Positions 8,862 to 19,270 of a DNA stretch of 64,000 nucleotides are shown piece by piece (positions within the stretch are counted from its first letter, which is position 1; every line of letters starts with the position of its first letter). The notes beneath the pieces were generated by a model. The model was not told the DNA's origin. It did no database searches and worked only from the letters and a program-made list of their open reading frames with translations. Both the position numbers and the translations under genes were made by a program. Source of the stretch: an uncultured Verrucomicrobiae bacterium (lineage in GTDB: Bacteria > Verrucomicrobiota > Verrucomicrobiia > Chthoniobacterales > JAFAMB01); assembly GCA_963837955.1 (NCBI GenBank), contig CAWIPH010000002.1, positions 1,696,001 to 1,760,000 on the forward strand. The letters are read 5' to 3'.

Positions 8862-11098
8862 TTATGGTTGCTCGAACCGAAGCTATTGCCTTGGCACCGA
8901 GGCGGGACTGGCCGCTCCAGAGTTTCTTTGGTGACTTGAGGATACGGTACGCGATCAAACTCAGTCTGGCGGCATTGCTGGCATTGTTTTCGACCCAGAT
9001 ATTGCGACTGCAGCATGCCAGTTGGGCAATCCTCACCGTGCTGGTGATGATGAGCGCGCACTACGTCGGCTCAATCGCTGTCAAAGCGATCATGCGCGCG
9101 TTGGGTACGATTGTTGGCGCGCTGATTGGTGTCTGGCTAGTGGGCAACTATGCTTCGACGCCGGCAATTTTCTTAACGATCCTTTTCTTTGTCGTTGCTG
9201 TTGCCGGCTACAAATTTGGGCAGTTTCCTGGCAGCCAGGTCCCTTATGCCTATTTCCTGGTCGGCGTCACCACCATTGCGGTCGTGACTTATGGAATCGC
9301 GGATCCTGCTCAGGTCTGGCAGATCGGCCTCAATCGGACGCTGGAGATTTTAGTTGGGGTCGGGAGCTCGCTACTGGTTACGTCCTTAATCTGGCCCCGC
9401 TATGCTCGGGAAGAGTTTGTTGCGGCGGGGCGCGCTGCTCTCAAGACCGTGGGCAAACTCTTTGCGATGCAGACTGACATCAGCCGGACCAACACCCCAG
9501 CCGAGGTGGAACAAATTCATCAAGCTTTCAGTAAACAGTTATTCGTTTTAAGAAATCTGCTGCAAGCTGGATCCCGGGAGAGCACCGTTTTTTCCGCTCG
9601 CCTCTCGCATTACAATTCTTTCTTGGTGTCTCTGATTAACCTGTTTCATGCCGCACTCCATGTCAGGCGGTGGCGTCAAGGAGAGAGTTCCATTCTGGAA
9701 CACCTTCGAAGTGAGCTTGAGTCGCTGGAAGCTACAATTTCTGAAGAGTTTGGCATCCTGACTGCACCCCGACTTCCGGGCGAAAAGCTGCGCTCAAGTA
9801 GTTTAAACGAGGCGTTTGCAGTCTTTGAGAAAAGGGTGAACGAGCTTCGGAATCAGGGCGTTCTGGTCGCTGCGCCAACCGAGATTGCGATGAAGTTCGC
9901 TGGGCATTTCGGTGCTCTGCGCTCTTTTCTTGACAACCTGAACAATATTCGCAGCGCGATGGAGGGTCTGCCGCGCTTCGGGCAACCGCCGCCCGAAGCC
10001 AAGCCCCACTGGGACTTTCTCCCGACCATTGACTGGTTTTGGGTGAAGGTCGGAATAAAGGGCGGTTTAGCTGCGGTGATTTCCGTCCTTCTCCTCAAGT
10101 GGATCAATCCTCCTGGACCAGCTTCAATTCCGCTCATGGCATGGACGCTCAGTATTTTAGGACGACCATTCCTGCGCGTCGGCGGGGCCGGCGATCAGCG
10201 AGCTTTTCAGAATGCATTCCTCGCGTCTATTGGTCTGACCGGCTGCACGGTTCTCCTTTTGTTCATCACACCATTTCTGGCGAACTATGCGGTCATGAAT
10301 TTGGCGCTCTTTCTTATCCTCTTTGGATTTGGTTTCCTGACCGCTCGGATCCCCGGCATTAACTTTTCGATGCAGGTCGCATTAATCGCTATGAGCGCCT
10401 TTGTCGGGCTCAATCCGCAACAGCCCGTCCCGTCACAGACAATCATCGACACCTTTCTTGGCATAATCATCGGAATGGGAATAGCGACCGTGGTCGGAAG
10501 ACTGGTCTGGCCGGTCTTGCCACAAAGAGTATTGCGAGATAATTTGCTTGCCCTGTTTGCGCAGACCAAAGCGTTGCTGAGTGGAGATCCCCATCGAGAG
10601 AAGATTCAAACGCAACTGGCGATTCTGCCAGTGGAAGCTTTGCAAGCCACTCAGCAGATTCGGATAACCGGGTGTCCCGAAAAAGAAAAGGCGAAGATCG
10701 CCACTTTCGTTCGGGCTCTCCAAGCACTAGTAACTCAGATTACGGAGCTGGTTTCGCATCGAAATATTTTGCCGGAAATCGCGGGACCGATCCTGCGACC
10801 ACAGTTTGAGCGGTTAGAAATTGAGTTTAAGCAGATGCTGGATGCTTTTACTGAGTGCTTTCGCCAAGGTAATTGCCACCGCGAGCTGCCGTCCGTCCAC
10901 GGCGCTTTAGCCGAAATGGATCAGGCAGTCAAACAGATCCGGGACAGCCGAATCTTAGCCGACCAGAAGTTAGAAGTGCCTTTGCAGATGCTGGATCTGG
11001 CCAATCGTTACCAAGCAATCGGGGAGGCTCTAGAAGAGTGCGGTCGATTGGTTCAAACGTTGGAGATTCAGCGATACTGGGGGGACTATGCTCTATAG
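8858..11098 (+). CDS. FUSC/AaeB-family aromatic acid efflux inner-membrane protein
   Basis: Two hydrophobic FUSC repeats (WAILTVLV..., R..GT..GA..G, R..EI..G, IWP) separated by helical regions; in an operon with the AaeX/AaeA-like genes. Confidence 0.9.
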   Translation: MIMVARTEAIALAPRRDWPLQSFFGDLRIRYAIKLSLAALLALFSTQILRLQHASWAILTVLVMMSAHYVGSIAVKAIMRALGTIVGALIGVWLVGNYASTPAIFLTILFFVVAVAGYKFGQFPGSQVPYAYFLVGVTTIAVVTYGIADPAQVWQIGLNRTLEILVGVGSSLLVTSLIWPRYAREEFVAAGRAALKTVGKLFAMQTDISRTNTPAEVEQIHQAFSKQLFVLRNLLQAGSRESTVFSARLSHYNSFLVSLINLFHAALHVRRWRQGESSILEHLRSELESLEATISEEFGILTAPRLPGEKLRSSSLNEAFAVFEKRVNELRNQGVLVAAPTEIAMKFAGHFGALRSFLDNLNNIRSAMEGLPRFGQPPPEAKPHWDFLPTIDWFWVKVGIKGGLAAVISVLLLKWINPPGPASIPLMAWTLSILGRPFLRVGGAGDQRAFQNAFLASIGLTGCTVLLLFITPFLANYAVMNLALFLILFGFGFLTARIPGINFSMQVALIAMSAFVGLNPQQPVPSQTIIDTFLGIIIGMGIATVVGRLVWPVLPQRVLRDNLLALFAQTKALLSGDPHREKIQTQLAILPVEALQATQQIRITGCPEKEKAKIATFVRALQALVTQITELVSHRNILPEIAGPILRPQFERLEIEFKQMLDAFTECFRQGNCHRELPSVHGALAEMDQAVKQIRDSRILADQKLEVPLQMLDLANRYQAIGEALEECGRLVQTLEIQRYWGDYAL

Positions 11099-11419
11099 TG
11101 GTAGGCAGTTGGAACGAATTCCAACAAAGTAGCTTGTTCGTCCGTGCTCAACTACCTCTTTGGCGACAAGAAGACTAAGGTCGCGGTATTCGCTTAGGCG
11201 ATGGTTTGTTGACCTATGTTACTTTTTTGTGCATACGCATTGCCGCGTATTGAATTACGCGGATCGTGTCGCCTGAGTTTGTCCTGAAATTTCAATTTCA
11301 ATTCCATGGCTAGAGCCGTTGGCGTTAGTTTTCCAAATAGTTGCGAGGCCGGATAACTTCGGAAGGACGAGAACTCTTCCTGAAATTGAAAAGATGTTGT
11401 CTGAATGCACCGATTTCTC

Positions 11420-11576
11420 GCACGCTCAATTGCGCGTTGCGAAAGTGATCCATCACGGGAAATCAGTGATCGTTGCTCGAACCGAAGTGTATTCAGACAG
11501 CGATAGGTTGGTTGGCGGACAGAGTACGTACGCCATAAGCGGCATCTTACTGTCGAGCCTTGAAGGGTACTTCTAA
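11420..11576 (+). pseudogene. Possible PaaI/hot-dog thioesterase C-terminal remnant
   Basis: LRVAKVIHHGKSVIVARTEVYSDSDRLVGGQSTYAI resembles the last strands of a hot-dog fold; there is no matching N-terminus. Confidence 0.4.
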
Positions 11577-11577
11577 T

Positions 11578-11649
11578 TTTGAAAAAAGACTCTTCTAAGT
11601 CACTGGCAGGGAAAACTTAAGTCTACTGGCGCAGTCAAGTTAACAGTAA
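11578..11649 (+). repeat. ~72-bp direct copy of the 5' end of the MFP gene at 20534-20607
   Basis: tttgaaaaaagactcttctaagtcactggcagggaaaacttaagtctactggcgcagtcaagttaacagtaa versus tttgaaaaaagactcttctaagtcactgtcaggaaaaaaacttaagtctaccggcgcagtcaggttaacagtaa. Confidence 0.9.
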
Positions 11650-12037
11650 GAACTCCCAGCGGTCGTCGCCGTCGCCGCAGCGGTTACAACATTTCGTCGA
11701 AACCGGAACGAAGTAGGGCTATTGGCTAGGAAAGTCTGGAAAGAGAATGCGGCGATAACGTCCTGCTCGGGTCACCAGACAGGTGCCCTTACCTACCGAA
11801 GTCGCGAAACTTCCTGCAAATTCTTATTTTTTTAACTCTGGTATTTCGGACGCCGACTCATTACGGTGTTTTTCGTTAATGTAGTTGTTATATTAATTAG
11901 TTGTACAAGCACCTTATCTAGTAAGACCAAAAATGGGGCAATATAAAGTCGGACGCCGCGACATAAGTGGGGCGACATCGTGGGATCTAAGCGGCAGGGA
12001 TACCGCTGTTAAGTCGTATTCGGGTCTGCGGACCAGC

Positions 12038-13135
12038 ATGAGCTACAAAAATCTCGGGAGCGTTCTGCGCGGCAGTCTATTGGTCGCCGCCTTTGTTCTG
12101 CTGCCGGCAACGCGAACATTTGCGGATTTTGGTGGCGCCGGAGGTGTAATCGTCCCGCAGCAAGTATCGACGATTCCGGCTAACGGAGACCTCAATCCTT
12201 ACGGTGTAGCATTTATACCCAAAGGTTTTCCGGGCAATGGATTGCTTCCACCTGGGGGTTTCGTGGTCTCGAACTTCAATGCCAAAAGCAATGCTCAAGG
12301 AACCGGGACGACGATTGTGAGCGTGTCACCCGCGGGTAAAACGTCTCTCTTCTTCCAAGGCACTGCTCCATTGGGCTTAACTACAGCTCTCGGCGTACTG
12401 AGCAATGGTTTTGTGATCGTGGGCAACTTACCGACCGACCAAGGCGGCACTCCTCAGCAAGGCTCATTGTTAATCCTTGACCGCAATGGAGCGGTTGTAG
12501 CCACACTCACCAATGCGACACTGCTTGATGGTCCGTGGGATCTGACCATCCAAGATGATGGTGCCACGGCCAGGGTTTTTGTTTCATGTGTGTTGAATGG
12601 AACGGTCACTCGGATCGATTTACTCGTAGGCGGGCAGACCGTCACCGTGAAACACATGGTGCAAATTGCTTCCGGGTACGGATTTGGACTTAGCACTGCT
12701 GCGCTCGTCGTCGGTCCAACAGGTTTGGCCTTTGATGCGGCGACCGACGTTCTTTACGTCGCATCGACCTCTGACAATGAGATCTTCGCGGTGAAGGGCG
12801 CCAGAGTGGCAACCCATTCGAAAGGCACCGGCACGGTGGTCTATAACGACAGTCAACATCTCCACGGTCCATTGGGATTGGCATTAGCTCCTAATGGTCA
12901 CCTAATCAGTACTCAAGGGGATGCCGTTAATCCAAGCTCCGACCCGGCTCAGCAGAGCGAAGTTGTGGAATTCACAACGAAAGGTCAGTTTGTCGGACAG
13001 TTTTCACTTGATTCCGCAGCCGGCGCGGCGTTTGGCATCGCGCTCGTCCACGCGAATGGAAAATTTCCGGTGGACCTCGGCTTGGTAAATGACGCCACGA
13101 ACACTCTTACGGTGTTTGAATTCGGCGGAGATTAG
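12038..13135 (+). CDS. Secreted Gly-rich beta-propeller-like (NHL-type) protein
   Basis: Signal peptide ending TFA-DF; repeated blade motifs NPYGVA, GPWDLT, GPTGLAFD and GPLGLALAPNG. The track ORF starts at 11933. Confidence 0.75.
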   Translation: MSYKNLGSVLRGSLLVAAFVLLPATRTFADFGGAGGVIVPQQVSTIPANGDLNPYGVAFIPKGFPGNGLLPPGGFVVSNFNAKSNAQGTGTTIVSVSPAGKTSLFFQGTAPLGLTTALGVLSNGFVIVGNLPTDQGGTPQQGSLLILDRNGAVVATLTNATLLDGPWDLTIQDDGATARVFVSCVLNGTVTRIDLLVGGQTVTVKHMVQIASGYGFGLSTAALVVGPTGLAFDAATDVLYVASTSDNEIFAVKGARVATHSKGTGTVVYNDSQHLHGPLGLALAPNGHLISTQGDAVNPSSDPAQQSEVVEFTTKGQFVGQFSLDSAAGAAFGIALVHANGKFPVDLGLVNDATNTLTVFEFGGD

Positions 13136-13620
13136 GGATTCAGAGTTGCAGTTAATGGTCGCCGGTTGCTCGCGGAGGTGCTTTGCGCTTCCTACAGCTA
13201 ACCGGCGGGCATAAGTGTGCGTCGACCAGCGTAAGTCTTGGAGTGGTCACGATTTCGGTGGGAGGAAAACGTTCAGCGTGCGCTGTTGTCCTCCGGCCCT
13301 AGTTTGGCAAAGATCAGCTAGATTTGGGGCTGATCCTAACCAACAAAAATTGAGTTGGTCATTTGGGAATTGTTGGCAACTACAGTGGTTAGACTACGGA
13401 CGCGCGACATGTCAGACGAAGCCCCCGAAAGAGGTTGTATCCCATCGGAAAGGCTGTTTTTATAACCGCCGTGAAAGCCTTTTCAAGTCTCCAGCGATCG
13501 CCAGACGGCGCTTTTCGCCGTCCGCGATTCAGCATAAAGCCCGTTCTGGGCTTCGCGAAGACAATGGCTACTTTCCGTTCAACCAACGGAACTGGTTGTT
13601 GGCGTTATGCTTCGGGAGGG

Positions 13621-15018
13621 ATGTCGAAAGTCGTTGGTGGAATTCTGGCTGCGACGGTTGCGATGCTGGGTATCGGGTCGGCGCAAACAGGATCTAACAT
13701 CCCGTTTAATCATTTCATCTATATCATCCAGGAAAATCACACGTTTGATAGTTACTTCGGCACCTATCCGGGTGCGAACGGAATTCCGCCGGGAATCAAA
13801 TTGCCGGAAGTTCCGGGTGGTCCACCTAAGATTAAGCCTTTTCACCTAATCTCTACCCATATCCCTCGTGATCTCGCGCACACCTGGCAGGCGGTTCGGA
13901 CAGCCTGGAATCAGGGGCGCATGGATGGGTTTTTGTGGGCTGAATGGCCGGAGGCATTAGAATTTTATTGGGGAAGCAAAACTATTCCAAGTCCGAATCC
14001 TGAGTTAGTCGAAGGTTTTCATGGTTCGGCTCAGCCAGTGGTAACAGCGCTTTCGCCCAATGGTGCAGCCGACGATGAGGATGAGAGTGCTCCTGATATT
14101 GAAGAGCAGACCACAACGGCTGTGGCACCCCCGGCTGCGCCCCCGAATCTGGGCTCCCGCCCAGCGTGGGTTCTTGACACGCTGGGTTACATGGATTTCC
14201 ACGAAATCCCGAATTATTGGGAATACGCCCGCAAGTTCACCTTGTGTGATTATTTCTTTTCGTCCCTCATGGGACCAAGTGAGCCGAATCATCTCTATGC
14301 CGTGGCGGCACAATCCGGCGGTCTTGTTAACAACCCCGGTGGCCCGCGCGTCGAACCGACCTATTCGTTCCCAACCATGGTCGAGCTGCTCCGGAATTCC
14401 AGTGTCACTTGGAACTACTACACAGGTCAGCCGAATCCCCACCATCATTCGCTTTGGAATCCTTTAGTCGGTTTCGAACAGGTTAAGAGTGACCCCGGTT
14501 TGATGTCACATTTCGTTAAGAAAGAACAGTTCTACGATGATATTAAGGCGGGGACGTTGCCCCAAGTTTCCTGGGTAATTCCGGGATTCAAAGAAAGTGA
14601 ACATCCTCCAGCAGATGTGCAGACAGGAATGCGGTATGTTACCAAATTAATTAATGCTGTTATGCAGAGTCCTTATTGGAAAGATACAGCAATCATTTTG
14701 GTGTGGGACGATTACGGTGGTTTTTACGATCACGTCCCTCCCCAGCAGACCGATCTCTACGGCTGGGGGCCGCGTGTCCCTGCCATCGTCATTTCTCCTT
14801 ACTCGCGATCGGGTGTTGTCAATCACACCCGGTTCGATTTGACTTCGCCGCTCAAGCTGATCGAAACCAGGTTTGGACTTTCGCCGCTGACTGCTCGAGA
14901 CAGAGGTTCGCACGACATGTTGGACTGTTTCAATTTTTCGCAGAAACCGCTGCCGCCGGACATTATTACATCCAGCACCAAACTTGATTTCAGCGGAATG
15001 GTCACCACGGTGCCGTGA
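13621..15018 (+). CDS. Secreted phosphoesterase (phospholipase C/acid phosphatase AcpA family), paralog 1
   Basis: Signal peptide MSKVVGG...GSA-Q; motifs [43 protein letters not shown] and [12 protein letters not shown]. Confidence 0.9.
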   Translation: MSKVVGGILAATVAMLGIGSAQTGSNIPFNHFIYIIQENHTFDSYFGTYPGANGIPPGIKLPEVPGGPPKIKPFHLISTHIPRDLAHTWQAVRTAWNQGRMDGFLWAEWPEALEFYWGSKTIPSPNPELVEGFHGSAQPVVTALSPNGAADDEDESAPDIEEQTTTAVAPPAAPPNLGSRPAWVLDTLGYMDFHEIPNYWEYARKFTLCDYFFSSLMGPSEPNHLYAVAAQSGGLVNNPGGPRVEPTYSFPTMVELLRNSSVTWNYYTGQPNPHHHSLWNPLVGFEQVKSDPGLMSHFVKKEQFYDDIKAGTLPQVSWVIPGFKESEHPPADVQTGMRYVTKLINAVMQSPYWKDTAIILVWDDYGGFYDHVPPQQTDLYGWGPRVPAIVISPYSRSGVVNHTRFDLTSPLKLIETRFGLSPLTARDRGSHDMLDCFNFSQKPLPPDIITSSTKLDFSGMVTTVP

Positions 15019-15052
15019 TAGGCGGCTTCGTGAAACGTGTTTGAAGATAGTA

Positions 15053-15092
15053 AGACGGCGGCTCTGGATAGCCAAGGCTGCCGTCTGGTTTT
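15053..15092 (+). terminator. Hairpin after phosphoesterase 1
   Basis: agacggcggc...gctgccgtct followed by ggtttt. Confidence 0.45.
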
Positions 15093-15117
15093 AGCGAGAT
15101 ACTCTAGTTAATGCTCA

Positions 15118-15148
15118 GTCCCCCAAAAGGGGAAGAGGAATCAGCCCC
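15118..15148. repeat. Short REP-like palindrome, related to 39041-39071
   Basis: gtcccccaaaaggggaagaggaatcagcccc is approximately the reverse complement of gggctgagtcctcttcccccttcgggggac at ~39041. Confidence 0.6.
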
Positions 15149-15150
15149 GT

Positions 15151-16015
15151 GGCCGGCGCATGCGCGTCGACACAAGGCTTAGAAGTATGCGCAGAAGACT
15201 CGTCCCGGAGGGACTTGACAATGAGAAGTAGCCCAGTACGAAGTGCTGGGAAATAATGTACGCCAATCGCCATCGCTTCAGCACGCGGGAGCAATTAGAG
15301 CAAGAAAGGGCTCGAGTCGAAGAGCTCATTAGCGAGCTGATCCAACGAGGGGAAGCGGCTGATCAAGCTGAAGAGGGCGAAGCAGAGACTGAAGGCTTGC
15401 CAGCGGAGTTAGCCGATGGGCAAAAGCGCCGTAAGGCCATCAAAGAAGCTCTAGAGCGCATCAAGCAACGAGAAGCCCAGCAGCAAGCCGAAAAAGAGCA
15501 ATTAGCCCAGAGCGGTCGTCAGAGCCAGGCCAAGGAGGTACGGATGAATTTGACCGATCCAGACTGTGGGATCTTACACCGTAAAGGGGCAGGTACAGTC
15601 ATTGGCTATAACGCCCAAATTGGAGTCGATATCCAAGGTGCAGGCCTGATTGTGACTAATGCCGTCAGTGCCAAAGGGGGCGACGCGGAGTTATTGAACC
15701 AAGTCCTTGAGCAGCTCGCTCCCGAGTTAGGAGCAGTAAAGGAAGCAATGAAAGTGGCCCGAGACGAAGTGGTGGGAAATAATGCAAAAAAAGAGACGTC
15801 CGTCCCGGCAGGGACGATAGAAGTGTTTTGGTTCCCGGTCCTCTTGTTTAATGCAGCTTCACCAACGTAAGGAGCCATCGATCGTCCCGTCCGGGACGGG
15901 TCGTTTCTTTTGAACGCTATCCCAGCACTTCGTACTGGGCTACTTTCATTGAGTCCCTCCGGGACGAGTCCTCTCGGCGCATATCCTTCCTTAATGCTGA
16001 CGCGCATGCGCGGCC
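15151..16015. mobile_element. REPIN/MITE-like palindromic element with ~95-bp terminal inverted repeats, carrying an IS1182-like fragment
   Basis: The left arm 15151-15251 (gcgcatgcgcgtc...gactcgtcccggagggac...aagtagcccagtacgaagtgctggga) is the reverse complement of the right arm 15920-16015. An inner IR lies at ~15801 and ~15880. Confidence 0.8.
15259..15746 (+). pseudogene. IS1182-family transposase internal fragment
   Basis: LPAELAD...RRKAIKEALERI...MNLTDPDCGIL...GYNAQIGVD...LIV...D..LL. It lacks both the N-terminus and the C-terminal catalytic region. Confidence 0.75.
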
Positions 16016-16120
16016 GCGGACTGCATCTCATCAGAGTTCGGCCTATCATGATCTGCGACAAGAAAATTATGATACCGGTTAGGAACAACTTCTTAGGTCG
16101 GATCCACACCCCAGCGCAGA

Positions 16121-17608
16121 TCAGCGGATCCATTTCCATTCCCCGGCTGTTGCTTTTTCCAATCGAGCGTAGCTGTGGAAAAGGTCAAACAAGCTGCGCT
16201 CTCGGGCTCGTTTTGCCTCGAGTAGATTCAGATCTGCGACGATCAACTCCGAGATTGGAGTTCTCCCATAGGTGGCTAACTCCTGCAACCGTTTGAGGGT
16301 TGTCTCCCGTTCTTGAACCAACGCAGTGTTCCGCGATTGGAATTCGATGGCGTATTGAATGTCAGTAAATGCCTCGAAGATGGACCGGCGCAGCTCGTCG
16401 TTTACTTTCACGAGCCGCTCCTTCTCTTCTTGCCATTTCAGGTCGGACGCTTTGGCCGCATAGTGCAGCTCGCCAAAATCGAATACGGGCGCACTAAGAG
16501 CGAGCACTGAGATCCAGCGATCGGCTCCCTGCGACTCCAAGTCATTGCCCCACCGGTAGCTACTTCTAATCTCCCCGCTGGGCCACAACTTAGCATGCTT
16601 GAGAGCCAGGTCCGCCTTAGCCTCGTCGATCGCCGCCTGCTGTAACGCGATTAGCGGATGATCCGTATGAGTGCGGAGCATCAGTCCGTCAAAGGTCGGC
16701 AAAGGCTGGGGTTCGGGGTGTTTGCTATCAATTCGGAAGTTGCGTGGATCATCAATCCCCACCAATTGGCCCACATAGGAGAACGAATAGATGGCCAATT
16801 CTCTCGCGGTCTCAAACTCGATTGTAGCTTCCCTCAATTTTGTCTCCGCGAGCTCCTTATCCGCCGGGGAGACAAGGTCATGTTTTGCCTTCTCTCTAAC
16901 CATCTCGGTCTGCTTCAGGACCAACCCCAAATGCTGACGAAGCATTTCAGTGTCATTGTTTGTTGCGATCGCTCGCAGATAGATTTCGGTCGCTCTAAAG
17001 ATTATCTCCTGCTCGGACAAACGCGACTTCTGGACAAGAATTCGTCCCTCAGCCCGTTTCATATTCACTGCCGGTGGAGTGTTAATCCCAAGGAAAGTAC
17101 CATCCTTGAAGAACGGCATGGTCAAAGTGGGTCCTAACAGGTCGAAAAACCCCCAATTAATCGTACGAAATTGGACCGGCACCTGGATAGTCTGCTTGGT
17201 CGCGGGAGATGTCTCTGTAGCGGGTGTTCTGATTGTTTCTTGCACCGTGGCGTTCGCGAAAAGATGCAGGTTGGTGGTTCCGTCAACGACTCCCAGATCC
17301 GCATGAGCAGTTAGTTGGGGCAAGTACGATGCTCGCGCGGATTTGATCTCCTCATCCGAGGACATTTGGGCTAAGCGGTCGGCGATCAAAGTCGGGTCGC
17401 GGCCAACGACAGCCTTGATGTAACTCGGTAAGTTAAATTGGATTGGTTTGTTGGTCGCCTTCTTGGGAGAAGGGGAAGGCTGGGGTTGTACGGGCTGAGC
17501 CTTCTTCACCGGGCTGGGCGAGGGCGAGCCAGCAGCTTCGACTTCTTGTGGGCTAAGGAGCACGCCCAAAAAAGTAGCCAGCGTCAATACCGCAAAAGAG
17601 CGTCTCAC
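16121..17608 (-). CDS. TolC-family outer membrane efflux protein
   Basis: Signal peptide, Pro/Ser linker, A..LPQL, PVFDFG, YARLEKATAG and coiled-coil repeats. Confidence 0.88.
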   Translation of the reverse strand: MRRSFAVLTLATFLGVLLSPQEVEAAGSPSPSPVKKAQPVQPQPSPSPKKATNKPIQFNLPSYIKAVVGRDPTLIADRLAQMSSDEEIKSARASYLPQLTAHADLGVVDGTTNLHLFANATVQETIRTPATETSPATKQTIQVPVQFRTINWGFFDLLGPTLTMPFFKDGTFLGINTPPAVNMKRAEGRILVQKSRLSEQEIIFRATEIYLRAIATNNDTEMLRQHLGLVLKQTEMVREKAKHDLVSPADKELAETKLREATIEFETARELAIYSFSYVGQLVGIDDPRNFRIDSKHPEPQPLPTFDGLMLRTHTDHPLIALQQAAIDEAKADLALKHAKLWPSGEIRSSYRWGNDLESQGADRWISVLALSAPVFDFGELHYAAKASDLKWQEEKERLVKVNDELRRSIFEAFTDIQYAIEFQSRNTALVQERETTLKRLQELATYGRTPISELIVADLNLLEAKRARERSLFDLFHSYARLEKATAGEWKWIR

Positions 17609-18080
17609 TTGGTGACCGGGATTTGGTGTGGACCGCTTTCATCCTTGAACCTTAACTCATCAAGCGAGTCCGTCGGAGGAGCCATTTTGATCGTGAGCCC
17701 TAAATGCATATTCGCTGTTTCCCTTTGCAGATTTCGACGCATTAGGGCGGTTTCTTCCGCCGCAATTCAAGCAAAATCTGTTTGAGAAGGGTGGAATCGG
17801 GATGGCCCGAATCCGGTGTTAGGAATGCTGACAGCGCAGATTGCCGAGATAATCTGGATGTCGTTGGATCGGGTCGCACGGGCCGTTTTGAGCCTGCCTA
17901 GCTGGTTAGAGCAAGGTAGCCATGTCATCGGCGTCCGATAGGCGCTCAAAGACAGTGTGTCTCCCAAAGATGAGAATGCATAGGTAACAAGGCAAAGGTT
18001 GTGCATTGACATAGGAGTCATAATTACCATAACAGTAATATATGATTCGACACGGTACGCCATGGAAGGCCAAAGATAAG

Positions 18081-19091
18081 ATGGTGGATAGGGCTTCCGG
18101 TCTGTGCCGGGTTCTCGGTGCGGCGCTCATGGTGACATGCGGTTCCTTCTCTGCCTTCGGGCAATCGAAGGTTACTGCTTATGGCATATTCGACCTTTTG
18201 CCTGTCGACTCGGTGCTAGCCCGTTTAAAAATCTCGCAAGTGAGCATTGCTGGACCAATCCTAACGTCGCTGGGAGTCGTGTTGCGAACCGACTGGAACA
18301 AAGTCGAAGGGGTAAAAGGTCAGTTCGACTGGTCGTTTCTCGACGAAGGCGTCGCCTTGGCCAAAGTGAGCAATAAGAAGATCTCAATAACGATCATCGC
18401 AGGCATCTATTCTCCTGCTTGGGTGTACACCGACGGCGCCGCGCAATTTGATATTACTCATGTAGGAGTCATGCCGTCACCGTGGGATCCTGTCTTTCAA
18501 GCGGACTGGGCAGCTTTTGTTAGCGCATTCGCCCAGCGATACGATCAGGTCCCGGAGGTCGCCTATATCACTATGTCCGGGCCTGGCCGAGGAGAGGAAC
18601 TATACTTTGTCGAGGCGAAAGACGACGTCGCGGACCTGAACGCACTCGGTGGAGTTCAGATTTGGGTGACCGCTGCCGAGAAAATCGCGGATATGTACGG
18701 TTCGACATTCAAGCAAACTCCTGTTCTGTATGCGACCGGACTGCCTGTTCCAGGCTCTGCCGGACGTACGGCTCTAAGCGATGTGGTTAATTATGACGTA
18801 AATGCTTATCCCGGCCACTTCGGAATTAAATCTGATGGCTTGCGTCCAAATTATTCGCCGAAGTCGTTCGGCGCTTTGACGATTCCCGCTCTTTCCGGGA
18901 CCACAACAGTCGGTTTTCAGATGTTACTGCCGTTCAATGGTGGCCAGAATATGCACGGTACCTTGCAGGATACGCTCAGCATAGGGATCTCTTACCGAGC
19001 CCATTTCATCGAAGTGTACGATGCTGATTGCAGCGACCCGTCCCAGTCTCAGACACTCAGCAGCGCTAACGTTCGCTTAACGGGGAGCTAA
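18081..19091 (+). CDS. Secreted glycoside hydrolase-like TIM-barrel protein (GH-A clan/GH42-like), paralog 1
   Basis: Signal peptide; motifs W..VE...GQFDWS..D, P.WVY and PWDPVF..W..FV..F..RYD. Confidence 0.7.
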   Translation: MVDRASGLCRVLGAALMVTCGSFSAFGQSKVTAYGIFDLLPVDSVLARLKISQVSIAGPILTSLGVVLRTDWNKVEGVKGQFDWSFLDEGVALAKVSNKKISITIIAGIYSPAWVYTDGAAQFDITHVGVMPSPWDPVFQADWAAFVSAFAQRYDQVPEVAYITMSGPGRGEELYFVEAKDDVADLNALGGVQIWVTAAEKIADMYGSTFKQTPVLYATGLPVPGSAGRTALSDVVNYDVNAYPGHFGIKSDGLRPNYSPKSFGALTIPALSGTTTVGFQMLLPFNGGQNMHGTLQDTLSIGISYRAHFIEVYDADCSDPSQSQTLSSANVRLTGS

Positions 19092-19270
19092 TAAGACCGG
19101 CATAACAATGCCTTCTTCACGTCCCGCCTTGGGCTGAGTTCGGTTGCTTTCGGGCATCACTTCTCAAGAGCTGCAAGGGTACTCGGGTTGTCAAACCCGC
19201 GCTAGAGCTAACGAAATGGTTCGTTAGAACCGACTCGCCATGAGCCGGGACGTGCTGCAGTAATAACGAA

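Noticed and set aside
15606..16296. ORFs of 177 aa (-) and 128 aa (+), also 15141-15329
   Set aside because: They are translations of the palindromic repeat arms; the same peptide (LSPSGTS...TRMR) appears from both arms.
17605..17742. 45-aa minus-strand ORF whose stop overlaps the tolC GTG start
   Set aside because: It has no motif or clear RBS and could be chance; there is no support for it being a remnant of a missing pump.
18006..18034. Sigma70-like promoter beginning TTGACA
   Set aside because: The -35 is perfect but the -10 is weak (cataac) at 16-bp spacing, which is not enough to call.
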